From Phoronis australis (lineage: Eukaryota > Animalia > Phoronida), in contig NMRA01000025.1 of the NCBI GenBank assembly GCA_002633005.1, positions 1,594,612 through 1,658,611 of the forward strand: DNA of 64,000 nt, read 5' to 3'. Numbering within the stretch: the stretch's first letter is position 1; the number at the start of each line of letters is the position of its first letter. Below are positions 37,303 through 51,091 of this stretch, piece after piece. Under the pieces are notes generated by a model, which ran no database searches, was not told the DNA's origin, and saw only the letters and a list, made by a program, of their open reading frames with translations. A program made the position numbers and the translations under genes.

Positions 37303-40300
37303 CTATAACAAATATAGATTTAACTGAAGCATTTACTGTAAAATCTCAACAAGTTTGTACAAAAACAATGGCTAACATTTATCTTTTTCACATTTCAAAA
37401 GCTTATAAAATTGTTCTGAATGCCCATACTTTGTCAAAGCAATGTCTGATGGTAGCAATTTTTTTAAGAGCACAGCTCGCCAGAAATCGCTTTCGCATTA
37501 TATTCAGTCTCTCATTCCCTTGCATACATGTTACTAATAAGACCAAGCTCAGAGGAGTAGGAGACACATTTGTGCAATGCTCCATTGTCACCCAGTAAGG
37601 CCAGGATTTGAACCCGGGTCTCCCAAACGCGAGTCCGGAGCTCAAACTACTGAGCCACACCGTCTCCACATGGTAGCTATCGTATAAAACTCATTTACTG
37701 ACGAGAACAACGCCAAGCATTCAGATGCACCCATAACTGCACCACATATAGTACGCTTCTTGAGATGTTTATTAGAACATGAAAAGAATCCTATGTTGAC
37801 ACACTCACCCGTCGAGATGGGGCAACTTCACCAGTTTGTTTAGCACAAAATCTGCCACAACGATCAAAGACATTAAGTAGTTATAGGCAATAACTGCCAC
37901 AGACTACTGATGTTATCCTTCTCTAGTTAATCAGACTTATAATGAACACACACTGGCAGTGAAAATTGTATTTTTTTAATGTTCAAATAGATGGTGGGGT
38001 ATTGAGAATTAAATACAAGGCCAATAGAAAACATTTTCTGATTACATTCAAGGGTGTATTCAATTGACCTGTCGCCAGGATTTTGACAGACAGCTTAAAT
38101 GATCAATCAGAATGCAACATTCTTGACACACCTTCGTCTGCGTTTCCAAGCCGCCAGTTTACCCGACAAACAACACGTTGTCAGTGATTTTTAACAAGGG
38201 AGCTTGCGATTGGCCAATTGCAAATGAGCCGTGGATCAGTAGAATATAATTTGGTTCCTCGTAATGTAAGTAAGAGGACATGAATACATAATGACAATAT
38301 GAGAATGAATGTAAGACACCTACCTAATTCATGTGACCATTGTTGTAACATCTTCACAAATGCTGCTAGGACGTTACCACCCGTCAGGCTGGCTGCCACG
38401 GCGATATACCTGCCATTGAAGTAGGGGAAGTATTCTATGGCAGGGGGGCGCTCTCCTGAACTGTCGGGACTGAAACCCTCCTTCATTTGAAAAGCTACCT
38501 GAGCTGAGGTACTAAGGTTGAGCACTGCAAAAAGGTGAGCAAATCGTGTACGTCAGGTACCTGATAAATAATTAATTAAAAGTGAATTGCCCCACTATAC
38601 AAGGAAAATTGTGAAGGTTATGCTATTATAACATATGTACACTGATCTGAATTAAGCATTAGTCACAGCAAAGTGTATAATCTTAACTTGTTAGCTTCAG
38701 TGGTGTATACCTCAAAATATTTGCAAGGGTCACAAAATATGAATAAGACCAAACAAAAACTACTTTGTAGAATTAAAACATTATGTGAAATTTACACTAA
38801 TTTTTTATTATAGTTTTTTTATTGTAATAGAGTCAAAAATTCTGCTGAGGGATGCATCCCCTGGTATTAAATAGCGAAGGGACAGTGTCCCCTATGTTCC
38901 CCTCAACATTATAACCCTGGTTATGGTACAATCTCACCCATCAGGACATAACAGGACGGTCAGATTTCATTTTCTCATTTTTTCATAAAAGACATGTTGC
39001 ACTAATTTATTGGTTTATGAAATTCAAGCTGCCATCAGAAGATATGAAAAATGCTGGGCATTCGCAAATTACGTTAGAAGCTATGCTATTTCAACAATTA
39101 TTTTTGTCCGAAATTGTTGAGATTTTAGCGTAGCATAAAGACAATTTCAATATTAATAAATCCGTACAAAGTGGTAAACCCAACAGGGTTAGGTTATAGA
39201 CTGCAATACACTCTAACAAAGCTTAGTGCAGGACCTGCAGAGAGAAAAGCATTTCCCTACATCCATGTGTGAAAATTAAGAACAAGACAAAGTTCAGAAA
39301 AATACTATCGAATTGCAAAACCTTACTGATAATAAGGCACTTCAGAAGAATACTTTCTGAAACTTTTGTCAAAATACGCTTTGTGACGAAAAAGGTCTTG
39401 TGCACTGAAGAGGACTTCCTAACCTAGATGTACGGAAATAAAGATGGGGTCAAAATTCAGGAAATACAATCGAGTACAAAAATGTGAGAATGTTCAATAT
39501 GGTACTTCAAAAGCAAATTATTCTAAAAGTTTTATAGAAATCTCCTATGAAATGTAGGAATAGCTGTTCACACAGAATATGTACAGATGCACAGATGATA
39601 CATGGATGAACACGTACCACAATTATATCCTCTTTACCTTCGGCAGGTTATAACTAGTAATAACTTCAGATTTTTGCAAATGTGATGTTAACCCAGCTTA
39701 CCAGGAATTACAAATCAATGTATTAATTCAGCATAAAATTATCACCATCTATAATATCTATGCAAGGGACAGAAACAATACACAGGCTGAACTCATAACT
39801 ACTATACTCCAAAATACGTGGCTGAGGTAGCTCCTGGTCAGGCAGGGCTTGGACCTCCAATGACAGATGGCCCACTCTGCCCAAACAAAATGTTAACACA
39901 TGTGACAGGCCAGAAATTTGGCATTTCGCACTCGACTGATTCACAGGCAACTAAATTAATTTCTTGCCAAAAGTGTATTCATGGATCCACCACTAGACTT
40001 GGAGTCATGATGCAACCCCTATGGTCTGCCACCATACTGTTTCTATTCCTTGTGGCCTCTATCTGCATGGTTCCAATTATAATTTGGTTGACATTTCAGA
40101 AATCAATATGTCATAATTAACAACTCACAGAACACTGCCAGAAAAATCAATCAAGATCACCTCGTCAGCTCGAGTGTTTTTTGTGTGTTAAAATAACACT
40201 ACAATGTGGTTGACTTTGATGGTGACAAAGAAAAATGCATTAATGACCAGTGATTAGGTCAAGAAAATCGTTTAAGAGGTTTTCACACTACACAGCTCCT

Positions 40301-43300
40301 AAAAATCAATAGGCATATGGTGTCCATTCAAATTTCTTACTTCCAGGTGTCAGTTGTTTTATTTAGCTTCATCGATGAAATCTCAGGAAGATATTACAAA
40401 ATCAATCTTTAACAATTGCTTTTGACCAAACAAACAACCAAAGTACAGTCCAGCTGTTGACGATGATTGTTAATTCCAACTCTAATAACAGTCAGACTTA
40501 AGTGCCGTCCACACTAACACAAGTTATTCCTGACACTAAGTTTGGTATCAGTGTGGACGCTATTTGTGCTGGGACAATTTGTTCTAGGGCAACTTGCCCC
40601 AGGACAAGCTGCAGTGTGGATGCAAACATGCAGACAAGACGGAAGTAATCATACCAGCGACCGGCTTGCTCTGTCACAAAGTCTGTGATTCTTTTAGCAC
40701 CTTTGTCAAGGTACCTAAACTACACGGTTAACGAACTCATAAACACAGTCACGGACGCATGAACACGACTCACGTACCTCCAAACACATCTGCAAATGGG
40801 TGACCTTTGCACTAATGATGTACCTCGCAGGCTCGCATAGTCCAAAATGCTAAATCGTCATGAGAGAATGTCCGGAATTGGCACATAGGGCAACTCCAGA
40901 CGATCTGGGCTCGACAGAAAACCACAGATCTATTCGGTCAATTAAATTTTATTGCCCGTAAAGCCCATGGCTTGATGATAAAAGCTGCCAGAAGAAATAT
41001 GACTTGCGCATTTACATTTTCGCCCTTTTAAGCGTCTACAAGAACCTAACTCATGTAATGTACATAGAGTAGTTAATCTTTCCGTTACAGCAAGTGAAAA
41101 TGAGCATTTAGTTTTTTCACTCACAATTGAAATATTAGCCGTTTGAAAATGAAAGTTGAGGAAAAAGGTACAGGGGGTACTATTATTTGCTCTCAATTTT
41201 TAATGCTGATCATTGTGAACACAGCTCTAAAAATCGCGCATCGTCACGGTCGTTGTGCTCACAGCATCGAGACTTAAGTCTCCCGAAAGAAGTTGATTGT
41301 CAGATGGTTTATAAGAGTGTAATTCTGTTGCCAGAGTTGGCAATTGGAGATTCAAAAACCAATTTCAAAATTGGAGTTGGTTTAATGTGTAAATCTTAAT
41401 GTGCAAATCTTAATGTGCAAATCTTAATGTGTAAATCTTAATGTGTAAATCTTAATGTGTAAATCTTAATGTGTAAATCTTAATGTGTAAATCTTAATGT
41501 GTAAATCTTAATGTGTAAATCTTTCCCGCTATCAAATAAGTGTCAAAAACCTGACTAATTACTACGACTACTGCTTGATAACAGCAGTCCAACACACCCT
41601 CAAGGCTAGGGATGTAAAAATTGTTTCCGTTGAAATTTGACAAAAAAAATCAAGTCTTGCCCATCTCTTAATGTGCTAAATTGGTGACCATTGGCTGATC
41701 TATACATAAAGCAAAACTGAATTCATGATCACTGCCATAAATGCACCTCGACCGTCAACAAATTTTGATTTAAACAAAGCACTCCTATAAAAATTGGCCT
41801 CATCTCATAACTCAAAGCTTTTATAGCCTTGAGAACAGTCAGCTTGTTATCAATTCAGAACAGGCCAATTAAAGATATATTTGCACGACACTAACTATGC
41901 TAATGCATGGCAGGAACTAAGACAATGCTCTTTTAACATAATTTATGCTAAGCAAAGTGCAGTTGTATTCATTAACAACTTGTAAACGTGAAAACAAAAA
42001 AAATTCTGCTAATAAGTGACCTTTGCACTAATGATGTACCTAACGGGCTCACGTAGCCTGCATCATGCAGTGTTATTCCCCAGCACTCCGTCATAATGCT
42101 TACTAGATACAGTTCAGCGATTAGCGGTGGAACATTTCTGCCACAAAACTCGTTCTTAAAAAACATTTGATAATTTTCAACCTACTTTTGACTTTCTAAC
42201 AATTCTGAGGTGGTGGCGTGTTACAACTATTATTAAAATCTTTGGTCTATTTACACCGACCGACGTTTTGGTCGGTCTATTCTTCGGCCATCGACAGGTG
42301 TTCCTGCGTTCTTAGAAGAACGAGCACGGATATGTGGTACACTCATCATGGTGCGATTTTCTTGCCTTGGACAAAAAATTACACCATGATGAATGTACCA
42401 CATCTGTGCTCGGCCGTCTAAGAATGCAGGAACACCTGACGATGGCCGGAGAATAGACTGATCGAAACGTTGTGATAGTATAAATAGATAAGAGGTTGGT
42501 GTGAATAGACCAAGAGATTTTAATATGTTCAACCTACTTCGTTAACTCACATTGTTGCTATTATGTTGTGTTTCTAATTAATTTGGCCAAGCAATCAAAG
42601 AGATAAGGAATTAACATGCAAGTTCCACTTTAAGTATCCGTTGCCTGGATTAGTTTGCATTGCTAATTAAGGCAGTATGGCCACCAGAGGCTATTTATCA
42701 TAACCAATTTCAATTCAAAGGATAAGAATGCCAGGACTTGTTGTTGGAAGAGAAGATATGCCAGTAAAGAAAGTTGTTTTGATACAAAAAGATTGTTTAT
42801 AGTGGCTTAGCAACCACTCCTATGATGGTACAGCAATCTGCAACTATTGCAGAATTTGATGGTACTGCACAATCTGCAACTATGGTACAATTTGATGGTA
42901 CTGCAATCTGCAACTATGTCACGATTTGATGGTACTGCAATCTGCAACTATGGCACAAAATTTGGTAATTGCAATCGAATTTGGGCGTATAATTTCACAG
43001 GGATTTGGGACATGGAAACTCTCGCAAAAACTGAGTTTTCTTTATTCTAGAATTTGGGACAAGGATGATTTTGGCATTGATCATATTGCTCGAATTGCAG
43101 ACAATGTGATTTCAATCTATAGTAGGCAATTTTGCCGTCTTTTCGATGATTCTTGAATTTGGGATGGCTAAATACTACCTATTTCTAGAATGCGTGACAA
43201 TTAAGAGCCAACCTTGAGCAAAATAATTAATTTTTCATGTTTTGGAGTATTTTTACTGTAACAGTTAATAACTTGTCTGAGGCTAACTCAAGTAAAATAT

Positions 43301-46300
43301 CACCTAATATCAACACGTTTCACGAACATTCATTGACACTGTTGGAAACTGCTACAAAGGCATTAAGTGTAAATCGTTTATTTCTCAACAATCATTAGTT
43401 GAGTTGGCCAAACAGTTGCATAGTTTATAAGCTTCAGAGAACCCTCACTAATCAGACTCTATGTGGTGCAAATTTTTTTACCGATACTACTAAAAACCTT
43501 TGACAAGCAGAAACGTTTGACTAAACCAGAACAACGGAGATCAATTATAACAACAGATCTTCAGTGCAGATGATAGCACTACTAAATCTGACAAGCTGAA
43601 ACGTTGGATCAAGTTATGCGGAGGCAGACGCATTAAGTCAGTAGATGTTCGGTGCAGATAGCGGCTAGTGCAAGAAATTAGTGTTTGCCAGACTTCCCAG
43701 TTCAACAATAACAAATGAGTTCCCAAGCAACTATCTACAGCAGAGAAGGAAAATCTGATAACACAGATTGTTGAACAAAGCCTGCCCATTCATACGTGAA
43801 GCATGGTGACAAAACAGCAAAAAACTACACGAAGACTTGAGTGACTTTCACTTCTCTTCTCTTCACAAAAGTAGAATTTCACAATATAATTTTTCTCAAA
43901 TAAAACGTTAAATGATGCATTAGGTTAATTAACAAACAACCGGTTAAATTGACATTGGCCGGTGAAGCATGTTTGTGTGTGGTTTGGACAGTGGAAAATT
44001 AGATCTGGAGCATTCACCACTGAATACACTTTATGTTCCTAATGAACTTTCTATGGTCCATTCCACAATAAATAGAGATAATTAGAGATATAATGAGATG
44101 AATATTGTACCACGGTTCTGAGTTCTTTCTTTCTCAACAGAACATGGTCATGTACGGTAAATCGGAAATTCTCCACTTAATAAAAATAATTGCCAAGAAA
44201 ATAGTAATTTTCCATTTTTCAAAGGCTGATTACCATTTTTTCCAAATAATGGGAAATTTAGCAAATGTGGTTTTATGACATCTACACACTACAATTCTTG
44301 CTGGTAATAGACTAAAATGTTCTTAATCTTTACTTTTGCGGAGAAAGTAAACAAGATAGAATTTCCCTTGTCAGCCATGTTATCTGCTTAATAAATGAAA
44401 AATTGCTGTACCCTCATAAATTTCCAAAACCGAATTTTTTGAATAATTTTAATAAGCAGAAAATCTCTTTTAGGATTTGCTTTATGCTTTATTCATACAA
44501 AAATTACACTCAAAGTCTTTCTTCTCATCAAGTTTTGATGATTTCACGTTTTGTATTGCAGCCTATTTCCATACAAACAAAAAGCATAAGGACCCGATGA
44601 GGATTACCTTTGGAAGACTAACAACATTTTGGAAGAAAGTTGTTTCTTGACACAAAGGCATGGTTTAGTATGGCTTAAAGTTAAGTTTTGTTTGCAACTT
44701 TCAGAGCACAAACAATGCCTGTAATTTATTCAAAGCTCTATTGAAATCAAAGGCTTGGAATTAAGAGGGTGGTTTGGGGTGGCAGACAAAAGCAGCAGTT
44801 AGTGAGTATCACCCAGCAGCTGTTGAGGGTAAATCCCAGTCACTGATACAGTGAAAAGCTGAGGGCAAAATTGATGGTGACCAACCGAGGGCAACATTGA
44901 TGGTGACCAAGAGAGGGCAACATTGATGGTGACCAAGAGAGGGCAACATTGATGGTGACCAAGAGAGGGAATAGTGAATGTTGCTCATAGCGCTAATTAG
45001 GTTAAGTTTATCTCCAACCTTATTTAGTGGCCTCCATTCTAACTCGTATATCAAAAAAAAACTAAGCTTTGTTAACCAGTAAAAGTATGTATTTTCTGAA
45101 AGAACAATAACCAGGAAATATAAATCTACTTTTTGTATTTATGTGCCATTATTATTTTTACGTCAAAATTTCATTTTTAAGAAAGGTACATTCATAGCAA
45201 AATAACTCCTCCGTCAATTTTAATGAAACCTTTTTGAAATGAAAACTTCACCAGTTTCCTCAAAAATGCTGTTAGGAATTTCCGATTAGTCTGTTCGTTT
45301 GGTTTCTATGACAAATCAACTCGCAAAACATAAGGTATTTTTGTAAAAAATTGAAGTCGTATTCGTCTTTGTCACATTACGCAAAAACTAGGCCTTTATA
45401 TCCAAAATCCTAATGGCGTTTTTGAGATTGATGACTAAATATTAAGTTTGGAAAGTTTCAGCGAAATCCATCTAGCCATTTTCAAGAACTAGTGTTCCTA
45501 ATTTCAAATAAAGTCGATTTGCCGAAGCCGAGAAAAGGCCGATTAAACTGGTACAAGTGAAAATCTCAAAGTCTTCGGTTAATTATTTGGTGAAAACTTG
45601 TTTTCGGTATACATAACCTATAGAATCCTTAACTATGTTAGCTATTTCAATGTTCACTCGCAATGTCAACTAATTTTGCAGTGCGTAACTAACTTAATTA
45701 TCGCTAAAACCTCAAATAGACGTATTGTTCCCAGTCAACTTTTACTGTTGTTTACGACCTACTTTCTCAGTAGGTCACAGTTCATAAGCCTGTACACGTC
45801 ACGTGCTGGGAGACTGATACAAAACCAAGTAAGAAATGGATTACAAAAATCGGATCAGTGGTTAAAGTATGTTGTTAGCATGGGATCAAAACATCGAAAT
45901 GTCAATTTATTAATTAATTGAATTAAGGAATTAGGGTGAGGATCTATCTCTTTTCACAACTTTCTGTGTTCATGACCGCAGAGGCCTGAGGCGACTCATA
46001 GCATTCGTTTTCAACGCCAACAGTCGTATGCATGTAGACGCATAACTCTCTTAGGATCAAAACTACGTTGGTGCTTGTTTTCCCCGGCACCATTCTATCA
46101 TAAGTACACCTCGTTGGCTCAATGTTATGGCGACTTTGTGAACCAAAGGACTGAGGTTATACAAAGCTGTTCTGTACCTGGTGGGAGATTCAATTTAATT
46201 GAAAGCCCTTTAACCTTTGACTTTGGATAAGTAGTAAACAAATATCCACGCGGTTGTGCGGTTCCAAGGTGGTTCTGATAAATCTTTTTTTCTCGCTTCG

Positions 46301-46768
46301 CGGTATATATTTTGTATTTGAAGTTCCCCGAGAATGAAGATAAGGTATTTTGCTAGACACAAGTGAAATATTGTAAAAATTGCCAATTTTTGTGAATAAG
46401 GTAGGAGATAACCTTAAGCCTAAGTTGCAAACTTCAAACTACAAAAGGGTCACACACCAAAACATGGACCAAAACGATAATTTTCAAAGAAGACACTGCA
46501 GAGATCTGAAGAACAAGGGCAAGGGTCTACTGATCACAACTTTGGAAAACCCGAAGAAAATTTGTGTGTAAAACACGAAAACGTAGGCTTACCAGCGTCA
46601 TTGTCCTGTTGCAGACTTGAAAAGACAGAACTTTGTAGATCTCCCAGGGCAACGCCAACCGGTGTCCCAGCTGGGATACAGTACCAGCTGGAGCTCAGTG
46701 GACCCGCGACTGTGCAAGGGGAAACAACGTGTGGCAGGAGGTGAACAGGAAAGCCTGCAGACCCCAAC
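36899..46768 (-). CDS. SHPK: Sedoheptulokinase (FGGY carbohydrate kinase family), last three exons; upstream exons not located
   Basis: Exons 46768-46593, 38524-38324 and 37302-36899 give GFPVHLLP...GVALGDLQSSV / VLNLSTSAQ...YFPYF...AASLTGGNVLAAFV / PTIFGERHCPE...ALCKGI..NLH...GSGAAL...DAALGVA. Confidence 0.95.
37597..37668 (-). mobile_element. tRNA-derived SINE head or tRNA pseudogene in SHPK intron
   Basis: Reverse complement tggagacggtgTGGCTCAGTAGtttgagctccggactcgcgtttgggagacccgGGTTCAAATCCtggcc has Pol III A and B boxes; acceptor stem does not pair. Confidence 0.7.
38324..38524 (-). CDS. SHPK: SHPK exon
   Basis: VLNLSTSAQVAFQMKEGF...EYFPYFNGRYIAVAASLTGGNVLAAFVKMLQQWSHEL. Confidence 0.93.
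41391..41522. repeat. 15-bp tandem repeat, about 9 copies
   Basis: (aaatcttaatgtgta)n. Confidence 0.92.
42188..42527. mobile_element. Non-coding palindromic element with opposed hammerhead-like cores, 43-bp one-sided tail and 12-bp TSD
   Basis: Hairpin 42231-42525; CTGACGA-tggccggagaatagactgatc-GAAACGTT at 42436-42471 and a decayed mirror copy at about 42262-42298; TSD ttcaacctactt at 42176-42187 and 42528-42539. Confidence 0.78.
42823..42953. repeat. Degenerate about 34-bp tandem repeat
   Basis: tttgatggtactgcaatctgcaactat repeated about 4 times. Confidence 0.75.
44861..44969. repeat. 26-bp tandem repeat, 4 copies
   Basis: Unit gagggcaacattgatggtgaccaaga. Confidence 0.88.
46593..46768 (-). 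CDS. SHPK: SHPK exon
   Basis: LGSAGFPVHLLPHVVSPCTVAGPLSSSWYCIPAGTPVGVALGDLQSSVFSSLQQDNDA; ttttcag/gtaag boundaries. Confidence 0.92.
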
Positions 46769-49198
46769 CTGAAAAGTAAACGAAGATTTTGCTAGGGCAT
46801 CATCTGTGAATGTTTTATACATACAGCTAACTATTGATGGAATTCAAAAGCTAGCAAACACAACACGAACTGCCGACCACTAACAATAATTGTATAACAC
46901 TGAACTTGATAACCTCACAATGAGGATGCCAGGGTGCCAGTTTCAAAACGCATGTTAATAGCAAGGCCACGAGCCTTGCTTGTAATGCACGCTAATGTAT
47001 TTTAGGAAGACGTGCACGACCATACCAACTCCATGAGAAATACACTTGTGGAACACAGCCCACGTGCATAATTGGTTTAATTATCCCCAAGCTGCTCATA
47101 CATATTCTGTTTAACTGTGCAGCACAAGTAATAGCAAAGTCAAATAAAGTATCAGCCAAACAAGCACGCAGCTTTCCATTTTGTGTTACTTCAATATGGT
47201 AAACGTTCTTCAATTTGGGACAAAAAATAATTACTAAAATTGTCATATTTCTGTTTTTAATAGGCTTAGCACTCTGTTGCAAATGCTCAATATTTACCAA
47301 ATGTTGTTTGGTGATAGCTACGCCATAAAAACTGTGTTAACACCAAAGTGAATTTTCCTGAAGTTATTTTTGTTGAGAAATTTGACAAAATGAAATTTCA
47401 CCTGTCCGCCATATTGTGTACCAAACTGAAAATTGTTTACCATAATCAAATGAATAATATAGCTCTTTGTGGATCAGTTTTAATTGCCTTGGGACTTAAT
47501 TAAGACAACACACTTTCAACAAGATTTTACCCAGGAAGTAGCTCATACACACACAGGTGAAGTGAGAGAGCTAAACCCCAAACATCTGTAAGGGTTTATC
47601 TCAAATTACTTATTGGCCTGGCATGAGGTTAGTGCCTTTTAAACAACATTTATCCGTTTTATTTGTTTTACTCAAACAAAAATATTGATTTCCACTGGGT
47701 AGACTTTTCACAGCATCACATCAAAATGATAACAAACTCGAGATAAAATATTGGTTCCAAGAATAAACATGCCTCACTTGTCTAACCTTATAGAAGGGAT
47801 TAGTGGTGATTTCATGCCGTGAATAATAAACTGCTTATACGAAAGTCACGCATTTCTAAAGATATGCATGACTTTTCACCGCTCGTCCGTCTGAGTGGCT
47901 TTTACTGGGATCAAAGAGAGCGTTGCGCCAGAGTCGGACTCAGTTACGCTGACCGCATTGTCCGGTGTGAGCCAGAGTTACCCGACCATAAACTGTGGTA
48001 AACACTTCTGTCTGCACATAATGGCGAATTTTCAAAATGCAATAACCAACAGTTTTCGTTAAAAACAAATACCACAGCTGTATTCAGACGGAAAAAATAA
48101 CCAAGTTAGGTTTTCGATTTCTAAAAATTGATGAACTATTAAATTAAAAACTACAAACATTGGGTACGATTGAAGATAAACAAACGACTGTCGTATTGAT
48201 ATACTCCGTGATTTACAAACGCTGATCAGAGTTAACTATATCACGTGGATTATTCTCCTTTTAATATACTACAAAGCTACATTGAAACATCTATAAATAA
48301 TGCACAGTGACTAAATTAGATGGCAATAACTTTTAAAACATCGCTTATAGCATAGTGCATGCCGAACTACTTTACTCCAGAAGTAGTACACTAACCGGAA
48401 ATGTGCCAATTTCGGTAGTTGTAATGGAACAGCTGTGAAGACAACTAAGATGGCTAGCTTTGTAGTCAACGAGAGAGTGCAAGCAGTGGATGAGGTTTGT
48501 CGGTGGGCAAGAGCTGTGATTTCATTTTTATGACTGAGGAAAAGCTAGAATAGTTGTGCAGTTACTGCAACCAAAATTGTCCAGAGGTTCCAAATCTTCA
48601 GTTTGGCTATCACCATATTTGCACATTTGTATATATTTTAGGATTTGAGTTCTAATAAAGATTTAACTTGAACTAATGGCACCTGGAGTTTTGTTTTTTG
48701 TGACATGTTTGGTGTAGCTGAAATCTGGAAAATTCAGGGATGGGTTCATAATAAACTGACTTCTTAGTAGTTTTGATGCTATTATTTCATTTTTATGACT
48801 GAAAAAAGCTAGAATAGTTATGTAGTTACTGCAAACAAAATTGTCCAGAGGTTCCAAATCTTCAGTTAGGCTATCACATTTGCACTTTTGAGTATATTTT
48901 ATAATTTGAGTTCTAATAAAACTTGAACTTGAACTAACAGCACGTGTAGTTTTGTTTCTGTGACATGTTTGGTGTAGCTGTAATCCGAAATTCAGGGACG
49001 GGTTCACAATTAACTGACTTCTAAGTTGTTTTGACACAAAATAAAAAGATAGCAACCCTAACCCGTAAGAAAAAAAGTAGACAGGACTATTAAAGTAATG
49101 AAAAGGCAGAATGAAACATATTTAAACCATCGTTCCTTTGGGAAGTGGCCCTTTGTCAAGATCAACACATGAACTTTTTAGTCTTTTTGTTAGATTTA

Positions 49199-50922
49199 CA
49201 AGAGCAACACTGGGCGCTGAAATGCGCCCACGAATGCATAGCAAATGGCATGCTTTTAGGGTTGTTTATTTCTGTCATAAAAATGGCCACTAGATGGCGC
49301 AAAAACATACAATCCATCCGAAAAGGGGAACATGTCATTGCTTCTTAAATAGAAAATACTAAAATTGCCACTAGAGGCATACCGGTAGTCAGAATCATCC
49401 TAAAGTCGTCATCGTCCGTTGTCAACATCACATAAATACACTTGCTAAATTTAGTAAAGATCCTGCAAACGGTTTGGGAGATACAGCCATGGGCGCAACA
49501 AAAAACTGCCACTAGGAGGCGCCACAGCAATCAAAGTCATGGGAAATTCAGCGTCAACCGTCCTCTTCATAGTAAGAACATACATGCCAATTTTCACAAT
49601 CATACTTAGAGCGGTTTGGTTGATAGAAGGGTGGACGCCAAAAAACAGACTCAAAAACAGTAAAAATGGCCACTGGGTGTTGCAAACTAGGTCGAATCCA
49701 TCCAAAAACGGGAGGATAGCGTCATCGCACTAATAGGTGCCTACATACCAAATTTCATGAAAATCCGTTCAGGACTTGTGAAGATACAGAGGTAAACGTA
49801 AAAAAAATAAAATTGCCACTAGGGGGCACACTGGTAGGCGGATCCGTCCAAAAGTCGTCATCGTCAGTTGTTCACGTCATATAAATACACTTATTAAATT
49901 TCGTAAAGATCCTGCGAACGGTTTAGGAGATACAGCCATAGGCGCAAAAAAACAAAACTACCACTAGGAGGCGCCACAGTAGTCCAAATCGCCTGTAAAT
50001 CATTGTCAGCTGTCCTCTTTATAGTAAGCACATACATGCCAATTTTCACAATCATCCTTTGAGCGGTTTGGTTGATAGAGGGGTGGATGCAAAAATACAG
50101 ACTCGAAAACAGTAAAAATGGCCATGAGGCGCAAACTACGTTGAATCCATCCGAAAACAGGTGGATAGCATCATCTCACTAATAGGTGCCTACATATTAA
50201 ATTTTATGAATATTCCGTTAAGGACTTTTGAAGATACAAAGGTGAATTAAAAAAAAGAAAATTGCCACTAGGGGGCACACTGGTAGTCGGATCCGTCCAA
50301 GTCGTCATCTTCCGTTGTTAACATCATATAAATATACTTACAAAATTCCGTAAAGTTCCTGCGAACGGTTTAGGAGATACAGCCATAGGCGCAAAAAAAA
50401 CAAAAATGCCACTAGGAGGTGCCACAGTAGTCGAAATCGTCGGAAAATCATCGTCAACCGTCCTCTACATAGTAAGCATATACATGCCAATTTTCACAAT
50501 CATCCTTTGAGCGGTTTGGTTGATAGAGGGGTGGACGCACAAAAGCAGACTCAAAAACACTAAAAATGGCCACTAGGTGGCGCAAACTATGTCGAATCCA
50601 TCTGAAAACGGGAGGATAGCGTCATCTCACTAATAGGTGCCTACATATTAAATTTCATGAAAATCCGTTCAGGACTTTTGAAGATACAAAGGTAAGCGTA
50701 AAAAACTAAAATTGCCACTAGGGGACACACCGGTAGTCGGATCCGTCCAAAAGTTTGCACATGCCATCCCATTCATGAATGGAACATATGTGCCAAATTT
50801 CATAACGTTTGTCAAAGGGCTTTGGAGATAAAGCAGCGGACGCTGGACGGACGCCGCCCGGACGGACGGACGGACGGAGATGACGGCATAATGCGTCCAC
50901 ATATAAATATGTGGGCGCATAA
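49199..50922 (-). mobile_element. Helentron-associated non-autonomous element (HINE/DINE-1-like) with internal about 449-bp (3 x about 150 bp) tandem array
   Basis: subTIRs atgcgcccac (49222-49231) / gtgggcgcat (50911-50920); stem-loop 50891-50920; (ggac)n microsatellite about 50860-50878; terminal hairpin 49211-49230; inserted in an A/T run with no TSD; empty site at about 54851-54866. Confidence 0.85.
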
Positions 50923-51091
50923 AAATGTACCAAGTTAAAACTGCTCTCCATATTGCAGGCTTCAACCCTGTGCAAATGCCAGAGAAAAACAATTTGGGTG
51001 TAATAAGGACCACCATTGTTAGGAAAGTAGTGCTAGCTATTACCTTTCCACTTCACTAGCTCAAAGGGCAAGCTGAATGGGCTCCATAAAC

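Noticed and set aside
37092-37598. 168-aa plus-strand ORF (and similar shadow ORFs 531-824, 2200-2442, 22542-22946)
   Set aside because: Antisense shadows of real SHPK, CPSF1 or TRIM exons
37597-37668. Functional tRNA gene (CGC in the anticodon position)
   Set aside because: A and B boxes are present, but the acceptor stem does not pair and no oligo-T terminator follows; better explained as a SINE head or pseudogene
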